From Myxococcota bacterium (GTDB lineage: Bacteria > Myxococcota_A > UBA9160 > UBA6930): DNA of 64,000 nt. The DNA lies in assembly GCA_965223415.1 (NCBI GenBank), contig OZ245002.1, forward strand, positions 3,872,001 to 3,936,000. Direction: 5' to 3'. Made by a program: the position numbers and the translations under genes. The notes under the pieces were generated by a model. The model was not told the origin of the DNA and searched no databases. It worked only from the letters and a program-made list of their open reading frames with translations. Below, in pieces: positions 49,610-59,309 of the stretch (position 1 is its first letter; each line of letters begins with the position of its first letter).

Positions 49610-50851
49610 CTAGGAGGCCGCGGCCTGCTGCTCCGCGGCCTCGCGCAGCGCCGCCGTGAAGAGGTAGCAGTGCGAGTCCCGGGGAATCTGCTCCACCGGC
49701 AGGGGCGTGTCGATCTGCTCCGGCGTGGGCCCGTGCTGCCGGGCCAGGGGGCGCAGCTTGTCGAGGTCGAAGCCGTAGAGCTCCGCCGCGTTCTCGCCGA
49801 AGAGCCTGCGCCGCTGCTCCTCCGGGATGTCGGCGAAGGTCAGGCGCAGGGACTCGAGGTTGTGGGGGAAGGTGCCCTCGTAGTGCGGGTAGTCGTTGCC
49901 CCACAGGACCCGGTCCACGCCTACCTCTTCGATGCCTTGCAGCTCGACCTTGCTCGGGAAGCTCGCGCCGTACCAGCAGTTGCGCTTCGCGTAGAAGCTC
50001 GGCGGCTCGTCGAGGTGCCACTTCTGGTCGCCGTAGGTCAGCTCGCCGATGGCGCCGCGCTTCATGCCCATGTGGATGCGGTCCATGTGGGCGAGCATCT
50101 CCGGCGCCCAGGAGCAGCCGCTCTCGGTGAGGATGTACCGCAGCTTCGGGAAGCGCTGGAAGACGCCGCTCATGATCAGGTGCCGGTAGCCTCGGCGGCA
50201 GTAGAAGGCGACCTCCGAGACCCACAGGGCCTCGGCGACGAGCCCTTCTCCGTAGTCCGGCGATCCCTGCCCCGAGTGCTGGTTGATCACCAGGTCGTGG
50301 TCCTGGATCGCGGCGTACACCCTGTCCCAGTCCGGGTGGTGAAGGGGCTTCAGCCAGGTGCAATCCTCGGGGATCAGCGGAAGCAGCACGCCGCCTCGCA
50401 GGCCCGACTTGCCGATGAACTCGATGTCCTTCACCGCTTCGTCCAGGTCGTTCGGCAGGATGATGCCGATGCCCGCGCGGCGGTCCGGATCCTCGGCGCA
50501 GAAATCCACGAGCCAGCGGTTGTGGGCGCGGGCGCCGGCCAGGCACAGCTCGTAGTCCCCGGGCCGCGGCGGCTGGGTGGTGACGATGCTCTTCCGGTAG
50601 AAGGGTGGCACCGTGTTCGGGTAGACGACCTCGCCCACCACGCCCTGGCTGTTCTGGTCGGCGATGCGGATCTCGAGATCCCAGTTGCGCTTCTTCTTTC
50701 GCCCGTAGTGCTCCTCGGACGGGTTGCGGTAGCCGCCCCGCCACTCGTCGAAGGCCTCCCGGTACTTCGGGTCGAGGTACTCGCGGTACTGGGAGTGGCT
50801 CCCCCCTGCGTGGGTGTCGGCGGTGATGAGGACGTAGGGGTCGTTGCTCAT
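49610..50851 (-). CDS. Amidohydrolase_2-family protein
   Basis: ITADTH, NQHSG, GVFQRFPKL, WGNDYPHYEGTFP. Confidence 0.9.
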   Translation of the reverse strand: MSNDPYVLITADTHAGGSHSQYREYLDPKYREAFDEWRGGYRNPSEEHYGRKKKRNWDLEIRIADQNSQGVVGEVVYPNTVPPFYRKSIVTTQPPRPGDYELCLAGARAHNRWLVDFCAEDPDRRAGIGIILPNDLDEAVKDIEFIGKSGLRGGVLLPLIPEDCTWLKPLHHPDWDRVYAAIQDHDLVINQHSGQGSPDYGEGLVAEALWVSEVAFYCRRGYRHLIMSGVFQRFPKLRYILTESGCSWAPEMLAHMDRIHMGMKRGAIGELTYGDQKWHLDEPPSFYAKRNCWYGASFPSKVELQGIEEVGVDRVLWGNDYPHYEGTFPHNLESLRLTFADIPEEQRRRLFGENAAELYGFDLDKLRPLARQHGPTPEQIDTPLPVEQIPRDSHCYLFTAALREAAEQQAAAS

Positions 50852-50894
50852 GGCAATAGAATGAACGATTTCGCCAAAGAATTCAATGAAAATC

Positions 50895-52721
50895 TTACGA
50901 GATCGGTTCAGCCAATGCCTCGGCCTCGTCCACCATCTCCCCCAGCAGCGCCAGGCCGCCTTGCCAGAAGGCCGGGTCCGTGATGTCCAGGCCGACCCGG
51001 GCCAGCAGCTCCGGCGGGCTGGCGGAGCCGCCGGCCCGCAGCAGCTCGAGGTAGCGGGGCACGAAGGCCTCGCCCTGCTCGTCGTAGCAGCGGATCAAGG
51101 CCAGAACGAGGAGCTCGCCGAAGGCGTAGGCGTAGCAGTAGAAGGGCGAGTGGACGAAGTGGGGGATGTAGAGCCACCACCAGGCGTAGTCGTCGGTCAG
51201 CTCCACCGCATCGCCCAGCATCGGGCGGTTCGCCTCCATCCAGAGCTCGTTCACCCGCGGGATCGCGAGCTCGCCCTCCGCCCGCCGCGCCGCGTGCAGC
51301 GTCTCCTCGAAGCGCGTCATCGCCACCTGGCGGAAGACCGTGGCGAAGGCGTCCTCGAGCTTCCCGCACAGCAGCGCCAGCCGGACCTTCGGGTCCTTTT
51401 CCTCCTTGAGCAGGCGGCGGAACACGAGCATCTCGCCGAACACGCTGGCGGTCTCGGCGGTGGTCAGCGGCGTGTCCTGCTCGAAGAGCCCCTGCTCCCG
51501 GGCCAGGTACTGATGGACGCCGTGCCCGAGCTCGTGGGCGGTGGTCATCACGTCGCGCAGGTTGCCGGTGTAGTTGAGCAGGACGTAGGGGTGCACCGAG
51601 GGCACGGTCGAGGCCGAGAAGGCGCCGCCGCGCTTGCCCTCCCGCAGCTCCGCGTCGATCCAGCCCTCGTCGAAGAAGCGCCGGGCGATCTCCGCCATCT
51701 CCGGAGAGAAGTCGCGGTAGGCGTCGAGCACGATGCGGCGGGCCTCGTCGAAGCTGCGCTCGCCCTGAGGCTCGCCGACCGGCGCATAACGGTCGTAGTC
51801 GAAGAGCGGCTCGATGCCGAGGAGCCGCCCCTTCAGCCGGTAGTAGCGCTGGACCAACGGGTAGCCGGTCTGGCAGGCGTCGAGGAGCGCGCGCACCCCG
51901 GGCCCGTCGATCTCGTTGGCCAGGTTGCGCGCCTGCATCGGGTCCGTGTAGCGGCGCAGCCGGTCCTGGGTCGCCTTGTCCTGGACCAACGTGTTGAAGA
52001 TGAAGGCCAGCACCCGCGCGTGCTCCTTCAGGCCCTCGGTCAGGCCGCGGGCCGCGGCCCGCCGCTCGGCCCGGTTCGGGGCGTACAGCAGCGAGAGCAC
52101 CTGCTCCTCCGAGAGCTCCCGGGTCTCTCCGTCCAGCTCCACCTCGAAGCGGGCCGCGCCGAGGATCTCGTCGAAGAGCCGGGAGAAGGCGCGCTCGCCC
52201 GTGTTCGCCGTCTCCTCGAGGATGCGCTCCTCGGGCTCCGAGAGGACGTGGGGGCGGTAGCGGCGCAGGCTCTCGAGCAGGTGGCGGCGGTCGGCCAGGG
52301 CTGGCTCCGCCAGCAGCCCGGCGACGCGCTCGTCGTCCGCGGCGACCCACTCGAGCTCGAAGAACAGCAGGTGCTGGCGGATCGCCGTGCCCTGCTCCTG
52401 CACGTGCTGGAGCAAGGCGCCGTGGGCCGGCGCCTGGGTATCCCCCGCGAACCGGAGGTGCGCGAAGGCGCCGGCGCGGCCCACCGGCTCCTGGAGGGCC
52501 TCGTAGGCCGAGACCGCATCGGCCAGCTCCGCGGCGCTGAGCTCGGCGAGGCGGCCGCGGTAGCGGGCTTCGAAGGCGCGGGCGGCTTCGAGGCTCCGCT
52601 CCAGGTCGGCCTCGAGGCCCTGGCGGGCGGGCTCGGGGTAGAGGTGTGAGAGGTCCCAGCGCACGCCGGCGGCGGGGCCCGTTCCGGGACCGGAAGTCGG
52701 GGTCGAGGTCGGCTCGGTCAT
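50895..52721 (-). CDS. pepF: M3B oligoendopeptidase F
   Basis: RWDLSHLY, GKRGGAF, AHELGHGVH, AETASVFGE, HF...FYCYAY. Confidence 0.93.
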   Translation of the reverse strand: MTEPTSTPTSGPGTGPAAGVRWDLSHLYPEPARQGLEADLERSLEAARAFEARYRGRLAELSAAELADAVSAYEALQEPVGRAGAFAHLRFAGDTQAPAHGALLQHVQEQGTAIRQHLLFFELEWVAADDERVAGLLAEPALADRRHLLESLRRYRPHVLSEPEERILEETANTGERAFSRLFDEILGAARFEVELDGETRELSEEQVLSLLYAPNRAERRAAARGLTEGLKEHARVLAFIFNTLVQDKATQDRLRRYTDPMQARNLANEIDGPGVRALLDACQTGYPLVQRYYRLKGRLLGIEPLFDYDRYAPVGEPQGERSFDEARRIVLDAYRDFSPEMAEIARRFFDEGWIDAELREGKRGGAFSASTVPSVHPYVLLNYTGNLRDVMTTAHELGHGVHQYLAREQGLFEQDTPLTTAETASVFGEMLVFRRLLKEEKDPKVRLALLCGKLEDAFATVFRQVAMTRFEETLHAARRAEGELAIPRVNELWMEANRPMLGDAVELTDDYAWWWLYIPHFVHSPFYCYAYAFGELLVLALIRCYDEQGEAFVPRYLELLRAGGSASPPELLARVGLDITDPAFWQGGLALLGEMVDEAEALAEPIS

Positions 52722-52747
52722 GGCCCGGGACGTTACCTTTCGGGATC

Positions 52748-54001
52748 GTGACCGCCGCCTCGCGCTTCCAGCGCACGATCCTGCACGCCGACATGGACGC
52801 CTTCTACGCGTCCATCGAGCAGCGGGACCACCCGGAGCTGCGGGGCAAGCCGGTGGTGGTCGGCGGCGCGGGCTCCCGCGGCGTGGTCTCCGCGGCGAGC
52901 TACGAGGCCAGGGAGTACGGCATCCACTCGGCCATGCCGAGCGCCCAGGCCCAGCAGCTCTGCCCCCACGCGATCTTCCTGCCCGGTCGGATGTCGGTCT
53001 ACAGTGCCGATTCGAAGCGCATCTTCGAGATCTTCCGGCGCTTCACGCCGGCGGTGGAGGGCCTCTCCCTCGACGAGGCCTTCCTCGACATGACCGGCAC
53101 CGAGCGGCTGCTCGGGCCGGTGGCCCGGGTGGGCGAGCGGCTGCGCAAGGAGGTGCGAGAGGAGACGGGTCTGGCCGTCTCGGTCGGAATCGCGCCGGTG
53201 AAGATGGTCGCCAAGATCGCCAGCGATTCGGCCAAGCCCGACGGCCTGCTGGAGATCCGGCCCGGCGAGGTCCAGGAGTTTCTCTACCCGCTGCCGGTCG
53301 GCCGCATCTGGGGCGTGGGCCCGGTCGCCCGGGAGCGGCTGGCGCGCATCGGCGTGGAGACGATCGGCGACCTGGCCCGGGCCGAGGGGAAACGGCTCGA
53401 GGAGGTGCTCGGGGACTGGGGCCTGCGGGTGGCGCGCCTGGCCCGGGGCGTGGACGTGCGCGAGGTCGAGGCCTACCGGGATGCCGTCTCCATGAGCGAG
53501 GAGAACACCTTCGGCCGTGACGTCTCCGACGTGCGCAAGCTCGAAGCCGCCATCCTCACCCACGCCGAGTCCGTGGCCCGGCGGCTGCGGCGAAGCGAGG
53601 CGAAGGCGCGCACCGTCGTGCTCAAGGTGAAGCTCGCTCGCCGGGTGGCGGCGGGTCCCCGCGGCTTCCCTCTCTTGACCCGGCGGGAGACGCTGCCGGA
53701 TCCCACGGACGACGGCGGCGAGATCGCCGACACCGCGAAGGCGCTCCTCGCCCGGACGGAGCTCGCCGAGCCCGTGCGCCTGGTCGGCGTCGGCGTGACG
53801 AACCTGATCTCGCGCCCGGAGCAGCTCTCGCTCTTCCGCAAGGGCAGCGGCCAGGAGAAGCGCGCGCGCCTCAATCGGGCCCTCGACCAGCTCACCGACC
53901 GCTTCGGCTCGAAGGCCGTGCGACGCGCCGGCCAGAGCGACGTCGAGCGCATGGCCCCGAGCCTCCAGATCAAGCGGGGGGAGGACGAGCCGGATCGCTA
54001 G
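52748..54001 (+). CDS. dinB: DNA polymerase IV
   Basis: ILHADMDAFYASIE, AASYEAR, LSLDEAFLD, AKIASDSAKPDG. Confidence 0.96.
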   Translation: MTAASRFQRTILHADMDAFYASIEQRDHPELRGKPVVVGGAGSRGVVSAASYEAREYGIHSAMPSAQAQQLCPHAIFLPGRMSVYSADSKRIFEIFRRFTPAVEGLSLDEAFLDMTGTERLLGPVARVGERLRKEVREETGLAVSVGIAPVKMVAKIASDSAKPDGLLEIRPGEVQEFLYPLPVGRIWGVGPVARERLARIGVETIGDLARAEGKRLEEVLGDWGLRVARLARGVDVREVEAYRDAVSMSEENTFGRDVSDVRKLEAAILTHAESVARRLRRSEAKARTVVLKVKLARRVAAGPRGFPLLTRRETLPDPTDDGGEIADTAKALLARTELAEPVRLVGVGVTNLISRPEQLSLFRKGSGQEKRARLNRALDQLTDRFGSKAVRRAGQSDVERMAPSLQIKRGEDEPDR

Positions 54002-54024
54002 GCGCAGGTCTCTCGACTCGGTCG

Positions 54025-54492
54025 TCAGGGCGCGGCGAGCGGCAGCGCCGTCGTGTACTTGATCTGGCGCAGGGCGAAGCTCGAGCTTGCCGAGTCGACG
54101 GCCGGGTGGTGCAGCAGGTGGCGGGTGAGGAAGCGGTCGTAGGCCGCGACGTCGCTCACCACCACCCGCAGCAGGTAGTCCCGGTCCCCGGTCATCGACC
54201 AGCACTCGACGATCTCCGGGTGCTCGGCGACGAAGCGCTCGAAGGCCGCGCGGCTCTCGTCGCGGTGCTCGGTGAGCGACACGCTGGCGATCACCGAGAC
54301 GCCGAGGCCGACCGCTTCCGGCGCGAGGAGCACCACCTGCCCCGCGATCACACCCGCCTCCTCCAGCGCGCGCACGCGCCGCCAGCAGGAGGTGGCCGAA
54401 ACGGCGACCTGCCGGGCCAGCTCCGCCTGGGAGACGCGCGCGTCCCGCTGCAGCCGGTCGAGGATCCGCAGGTCGATCTCATCGAGATCCAT
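54025..54492 (-). CDS. Lrp/AsnC-family regulator
   Basis: LDEIDLRIL..LQ.DAR...CWRRVR.LEE.GVI, MTGDRDYLL. Confidence 0.95.
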   Translation of the reverse strand: MDLDEIDLRILDRLQRDARVSQAELARQVAVSATSCWRRVRALEEAGVIAGQVVLLAPEAVGLGVSVIASVSLTEHRDESRAAFERFVAEHPEIVECWSMTGDRDYLLRVVVSDVAAYDRFLTRHLLHHPAVDSASSSFALRQIKYTTALPLAAP

Positions 54493-54604
54493 GATGGAGG
54501 AATCATCCAATAATTGAGTAAGAACCGCAAGAATCCTCCCAAACGGTGCAGTCCAGGGCCCAGAAAGAAGCGATCTGTCAACGATGAAGGGCGATTCTCC
54601 TTCC

Positions 54605-55417
54605 ATGGAGGCCAGTCTCCACCACCCCATGATCGACGACGCTCAGGCCCGCCGGGCCCTGGCCCTGGCGGCCTGCTTCGAACGGCCGGGCGCGCGGGAC
54701 CCCGAGGGCCTGTTCATCGACCAGCGCTACGCGGGCTACGACGGCCGCGACCAGGAGACCTGGCGTCTCCTGGTCGACCGCCAGACGGCCTGGCTCGAAA
54801 AGCACGCAGCCGACGCCTTCCTCGCTGGCGCCCGGGACATCGGGCTCTCCCGGGAGCGCATTCCCGAGCTCGCGGTCCTCTCCCGCCGCCTGCTCGCACG
54901 CACCGGCTGGTGCAGCCGCGCGGTGCCGGGCTACCTGCCGCCGCGCGCCTTCTTCGCGTGCCTGGCGCAGCGCACCTTCCCCACCACCGTCGTGGTCCGG
55001 CCGCGTGCGAGCTTCGCCTACCTCCCGGAGCCCGACATCTTTCACGACGTCTTCGGCCACCTGCCGCTCCTGGCCGATCCGGCCTTCGCGGACTTCCTCC
55101 GGCTCTACGGCGAGACGGCTCTCTCCACCGAGGATCCCGCCCACACGCTGCGCCTGGCGCGGCTCTTCTGGTTCAGTGTCGAGTTCGGCCTCGTCGCCGA
55201 ACGCGGCGACGCGCGCCTGTACGGTGCGGGCCTTCTCTCCTCGCCGCGAGAGGCGGTGCACGCCCTGCGTTCCCCGGACGTCGAGCGCAGGCCCTTCGAC
55301 CTGGAGGAGGTCTGCGAGACCTCGTTCGAGATCGATCACCTCCAGCCCGTACTGTTCGTGCTCGACGGCTTCGGGCAGCTGGAGGACGCGATGCGCGGCT
55401 ACGCGCGCACGCTGTGA
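54605..55417 (+). CDS. phhA: Phenylalanine 4-monooxygenase
   Basis: YLPEPDIFHDVFGHLP, WFSVEFGL, YGAGLLSS; start uncertain. Confidence 0.92.
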   Translation: MEASLHHPMIDDAQARRALALAACFERPGARDPEGLFIDQRYAGYDGRDQETWRLLVDRQTAWLEKHAADAFLAGARDIGLSRERIPELAVLSRRLLARTGWCSRAVPGYLPPRAFFACLAQRTFPTTVVVRPRASFAYLPEPDIFHDVFGHLPLLADPAFADFLRLYGETALSTEDPAHTLRLARLFWFSVEFGLVAERGDARLYGAGLLSSPREAVHALRSPDVERRPFDLEEVCETSFEIDHLQPVLFVLDGFGQLEDAMRGYARTL

Positions 55418-55428
55418 TGGGAGACGCC

Positions 55429-56475
55429 ATGGACAATCCGATGGGAACCGACGGCTTCGAGTTCATCGAGTTCGCTGCGCCCGATCCGGCCCTGCTCGGC
55501 CGGCTCTTCGAGCAGCTCGGCTTCGCGAAGGTGGCGCGGCACCGCTCGAAGGAGGTCTGGCTCTACCGCCAGGGAGACGTGAACTTCCTCGTCAACGCGG
55601 AGCCCGACAGCTTCGCCCAGGCCTTCGCCCGCATCCATGGCCCGAGCATCTGCGCGATGGCCTTCCGGGTGGACGACGCCGGCCGCGCCCTCGAACGCGC
55701 CCGCTCGCTGGGTGCCTGGGTGGTGGAGAGCTCCGTCGGACCGATGGAGCTCTGCATCCCGGCGATCAAGGGCATCGGCGACAGCTTGCTCTACCTGGTC
55801 GACCGCTACGGAGAGCGCGGCACGATCTACGACGTGGATTTCATGCAGCTGCCCGTCCCCGAGAGGGAGGGAGGCGCGGTGGGCTTCGAGCACGTCGACC
55901 ACCTCACCCACAACGTCCATCGCGGACGCATGGCCGAGTGGGCCGAGTTCTACGAGCGACTGTTCGGCTTCCGCGAGATCCGCCACTTCGACATCGAAGG
56001 TCGGGCGACCGGTCTGCACAGCAAGGCCCTGACCAGCCCCTGCGGCAAGATCCGGATTCCCCTCAACGAATCGGCGGACGATCGCTCCCAGGTGCAGGAG
56101 TACCTGGAGGCCTATCATGGCGAGGGCATCCAGCACGTCGCCTTCCACACGGCGGACGCCTTCGGCACCGTGGAGGCGCTACGAGCCCGCGGTGTCCGCT
56201 TCCTCGACACCCCCTGCACCTACTACGAGAAGCTCGACGAGCGGGTGCCCGACCACGGCGAGGATCTCGAGCGGCTGTGGTCCAACCGGATCCTGCTCGA
56301 CGGCGGATCGGCGGAGGGCACGCTGCTGCAGATCTTCACCGAGACGGTCGTCGGCCCGATCTTCTTCGAGATCATCCAGCGCAAGGGGAACGCCGGCTTC
56401 GGCGAGGGCAACTTCCAGGCGCTCTTCGAGTCCATGGAGCTGGAGCAGATCCGGCAGGGGAGGGTGCAGGCATGA
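55429..56475 (+). CDS. hppD: 4-hydroxyphenylpyruvate dioxygenase
   Basis: NPMGTDGFEFIEF, DHLTHNV, GIQHVA, FFEIIQRKG..GFGEGNF. Confidence 0.96.
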   Translation: MDNPMGTDGFEFIEFAAPDPALLGRLFEQLGFAKVARHRSKEVWLYRQGDVNFLVNAEPDSFAQAFARIHGPSICAMAFRVDDAGRALERARSLGAWVVESSVGPMELCIPAIKGIGDSLLYLVDRYGERGTIYDVDFMQLPVPEREGGAVGFEHVDHLTHNVHRGRMAEWAEFYERLFGFREIRHFDIEGRATGLHSKALTSPCGKIRIPLNESADDRSQVQEYLEAYHGEGIQHVAFHTADAFGTVEALRARGVRFLDTPCTYYEKLDERVPDHGEDLERLWSNRILLDGGSAEGTLLQIFTETVVGPIFFEIIQRKGNAGFGEGNFQALFESMELEQIRQGRVQA

Positions 56476-57614
56476 AGGCACCGCGACCGCAGGAGATCCC
56501 GATCCAGCGGCGGGAGGGACGCATCTCCCGCCAGGCCCACGTCGACGTGCCGGAGGAGGGCTACGAGCGCGAGATCGGCCGCGCCGGCTTCGCCGGCCCC
56601 GCCAGCCACGTGATCCACGCCCACCCGCCCACGGGCTGGAGCGGCTTCGACGGCCCCCTGCGCCCGCGCGCCTTCGACACGCGGGACCTCAAGGACGAAG
56701 AGGTGCTTCCCTTCGACGCGCCCCTGCTGCTGGGTGGCGCTCACCTGGAGCTCCGCTTCTGGGTCACCGCCGCGCCCATGTCGCAGCTGGTCCGCAACGC
56801 CGACGGAGACCAGCTGCTCTTCGTCCATGCCGGCCGGGGTGCGCTCTTCTGCGACCACGGCCACCTGCCGTTTCGCGACGGCGACTACCTGCTGCTGCCG
56901 CGCGGAAGCGCTTGGAGGATCGAGCCGGTGGAGCCGCTGCGCATCCTGCTGCTCGAGGCCACGGGCCAGCGCCTCGGCCTTCCGGACCGGGGCCTGCTCT
57001 GCCAGCACGCGCTCTTCGATCCGGACGTGCTCGAGACGCCGCGCCTCGACGAGGCCTTCGACGCCCAGCGCAGCGAGGCCACCACGGAGCTCGTCGTCAA
57101 GGGCCGCGGCGGGCGCACGACGATCACCTATCCATTCAATCCCCTCGATGCCCTCGGCTGGAAGGGAGGCCTCGCGCCAGTGCGCCTCAACTGGCGGGAC
57201 CTGCGGCCGGTGGGGAGCGCGCGCTACCACCTGCCGCCCTCCGCCCACACCACCTTCCTCGCCGAGCACTTCGCCGTCTGCACATTCGTCCCGCGGCCGC
57301 TCGAGAGCGATCCGCGGGCGCTGAACCTGCCGTTCTTCCATTCCAACGACGACGTCGACGAGGTGCTGTTCTACCACCGCGGTCGCTTCATGAGCCGCGA
57401 CGATGCGGGGCCGGGCCTGCTGAGCTTCCATCCCGCGGGCTTCCCCCACGGCCCGCACCCGAAGGCGCTCGCCGAGGCCCGCGCGGGGGGCCGGGAGGCC
57501 ACTGACGAGGTCGCCGTGATGATCGACGCCTTCGAGGCGCTCGAGCCCGGGCCCGGGGCGGCGCAGATCGAGCGGGCGGCCTACGCGGACTCCTGGAAGG
57601 GAGAGCCGGCGTGA
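56472..57614 (+). CDS. hmgA: Homogentisate 1,2-dioxygenase
   Basis: YEREIGR.GF.GP, RNADGD, HLPPSAH, PFFHSNDD.DEVLFY, HP.G.PHGPHP. Confidence 0.92.
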   Translation: MKAPRPQEIPIQRREGRISRQAHVDVPEEGYEREIGRAGFAGPASHVIHAHPPTGWSGFDGPLRPRAFDTRDLKDEEVLPFDAPLLLGGAHLELRFWVTAAPMSQLVRNADGDQLLFVHAGRGALFCDHGHLPFRDGDYLLLPRGSAWRIEPVEPLRILLLEATGQRLGLPDRGLLCQHALFDPDVLETPRLDEAFDAQRSEATTELVVKGRGGRTTITYPFNPLDALGWKGGLAPVRLNWRDLRPVGSARYHLPPSAHTTFLAEHFAVCTFVPRPLESDPRALNLPFFHSNDDVDEVLFYHRGRFMSRDDAGPGLLSFHPAGFPHGPHPKALAEARAGGREATDEVAVMIDAFEALEPGPGAAQIERAAYADSWKGEPA

Positions 57615-58603
57615 AGCTCGCCTCCCTGCGCTGCGGGCGGGACGGCGAGCTCGTGATCGTGAGCCGCGATCTCGTCCGCGCGGTCCGGGCCCCGGAGATC
57701 GCGCCCACGCTGCAGGCGGCCCTGGACGAGTGGGCGATCCTCGCGCCCGCTCTCGCCGAAGCGTGCGATCGTCTCGAGGCCGGCGAAGCTCCGGGCGTCT
57801 TCGCCCTGGATCCGGCGGACCTGGCCGCGCCCCTTCCCCGCGCCTTCCAGTGGCTCGACGCCAGCGCGTACGTGAACCACGTGGAGCTCGTGCGCCGCGC
57901 CCGCGGCGCCGAGATGCCGCCCCGCTTCTGGACGGACCCGCTCATGTACCAGGGCGGTTCCGATGTCATGCTCGGGCCGTGCGAGCCGATCCGGGCTCGC
58001 GACGAGGCATGGGGCATCGACTTCGAGGCGGAGATCGCGGTGGTGACCGGCGACGTGCCCCGCGGTGCGGGTCCCGAGCTGGCGCAGGGATCGATCCTCC
58101 TGGTGCTGCTCGTGAACGACGTCTCGCTGCGCAACCTCATTCCGGACGAGCTGGCCAAGGGCTTCGGCTTCCTGCACGGCAAGCCACCGACCGCGTGCTC
58201 GCCGGTGGCCGTGACCCCCGATGAGCTGGGGGACGCCTGGGATGGGGGCCGTCTCCATCTGCCCCTCGAGGTGCATCGCGGTGACGAGCGCTTCGGCGCT
58301 CCGGACGCGGGGACCGACATGACCTTCGACTTCCCGACCCTGATCGCCCACGCCGCCCGCACCCGGCCGCTCACGGCCGGGACGATCCTCGGCTCGGGGA
58401 CGGTCTCCAACCGGGATCGCAGCCGCGGCTCCTGCTGCATCGCCGAGCGGCGCATGCTCGAGACCCTCGAGCGAGGTGCGCCCAAGACGCCGTTCCTCCG
58501 CCACGGCGACCGTGTGCGGATCGAGATGCGCGACGCCGCGGGCCGCTCGATCTTCGGCGCCATCGACCAGTGCGTGGAAGGGACCCCCGACGAGCTACCC
58601 TGA
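57611..58603 (+). CDS. fahA: Fumarylacetoacetate hydrolase family protein
   Basis: MKLASL..GRDG, YQGGSD, IDFEAE, NDVSLRN, GSGTVSN; operon context. Confidence 0.88.
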   Translation: MKLASLRCGRDGELVIVSRDLVRAVRAPEIAPTLQAALDEWAILAPALAEACDRLEAGEAPGVFALDPADLAAPLPRAFQWLDASAYVNHVELVRRARGAEMPPRFWTDPLMYQGGSDVMLGPCEPIRARDEAWGIDFEAEIAVVTGDVPRGAGPELAQGSILLVLLVNDVSLRNLIPDELAKGFGFLHGKPPTACSPVAVTPDELGDAWDGGRLHLPLEVHRGDERFGAPDAGTDMTFDFPTLIAHAARTRPLTAGTILGSGTVSNRDRSRGSCCIAERRMLETLERGAPKTPFLRHGDRVRIEMRDAAGRSIFGAIDQCVEGTPDELP

Positions 58604-58621
58604 CGGCACGGGGAGGACGTC

Positions 58622-59305
58622 ATGGCCCATCCGCGCAGCCTCGAGGCGCTCGTCAACCAGCAGGTCCGTCGCTGGGAGCTCTCGCCGCAGGGCGCCCCGG
58701 GCCGCCGGGTCGCGCCGACCGTCGCGCTCTCCCGCCTTCCGGGCTCGGCCGCCGCGGAGCTGGGCCAGGCCGTCGCCGACCGCCTCGGCTTCGGCTTCTT
58801 CGGCATCGAGATCGTCGACCTGATCGCCCGGGAGACCGGCACCCGACGGGAGCTCGTGGCCGGGCTCGACGAGCACGTTCGCAGCGCCATCGAGCGCTAC
58901 GTCGTGGACGCGACCAAGGGGCGCACCTACGACGAGAGCGCCTATCACCAGCAGCTGGTCCGGACCGTGGCGACCCTCGGCGAGCGCGGGCTGGCGGTCA
59001 TCCTGGGCCGCGGAAGCGCCTTCCTGTTGCGGCCCGAGCGCTCCCTTCGTGTGCTGGTGGTCGCGCCAAGGGACCAGCGGGTGGAGCGGCTGGCGAAGCG
59101 CCTCGACGTGGACGCCGCGACCGCTGCGACCCGTCTCGACCGGGAGGATGCGGAGCGGCTGCACTTCAACCGACACCACTTCCACGTGGACCCGGATGAC
59201 GCGAGCCACTTCGACCTGGTCGTGAACACGGGAACGCTCTCGCTCGGGCTCGCGACGGACCTGGTCGTCGAGACGGCCCAGCGGAGGTTCCCGCAGCTGG
59301 GCTGA
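58622..59305 (+). CDS. Cytidylate kinase-like (Cytidylate_kin2) protein
   Basis: VALSRLPGS, VILGRGS, FDLVVNT. Confidence 0.85.
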   Translation: MAHPRSLEALVNQQVRRWELSPQGAPGRRVAPTVALSRLPGSAAAELGQAVADRLGFGFFGIEIVDLIARETGTRRELVAGLDEHVRSAIERYVVDATKGRTYDESAYHQQLVRTVATLGERGLAVILGRGSAFLLRPERSLRVLVVAPRDQRVERLAKRLDVDAATAATRLDREDAERLHFNRHHFHVDPDDASHFDLVVNTGTLSLGLATDLVVETAQRRFPQLG

Positions 59306-59309
59306 TCGG

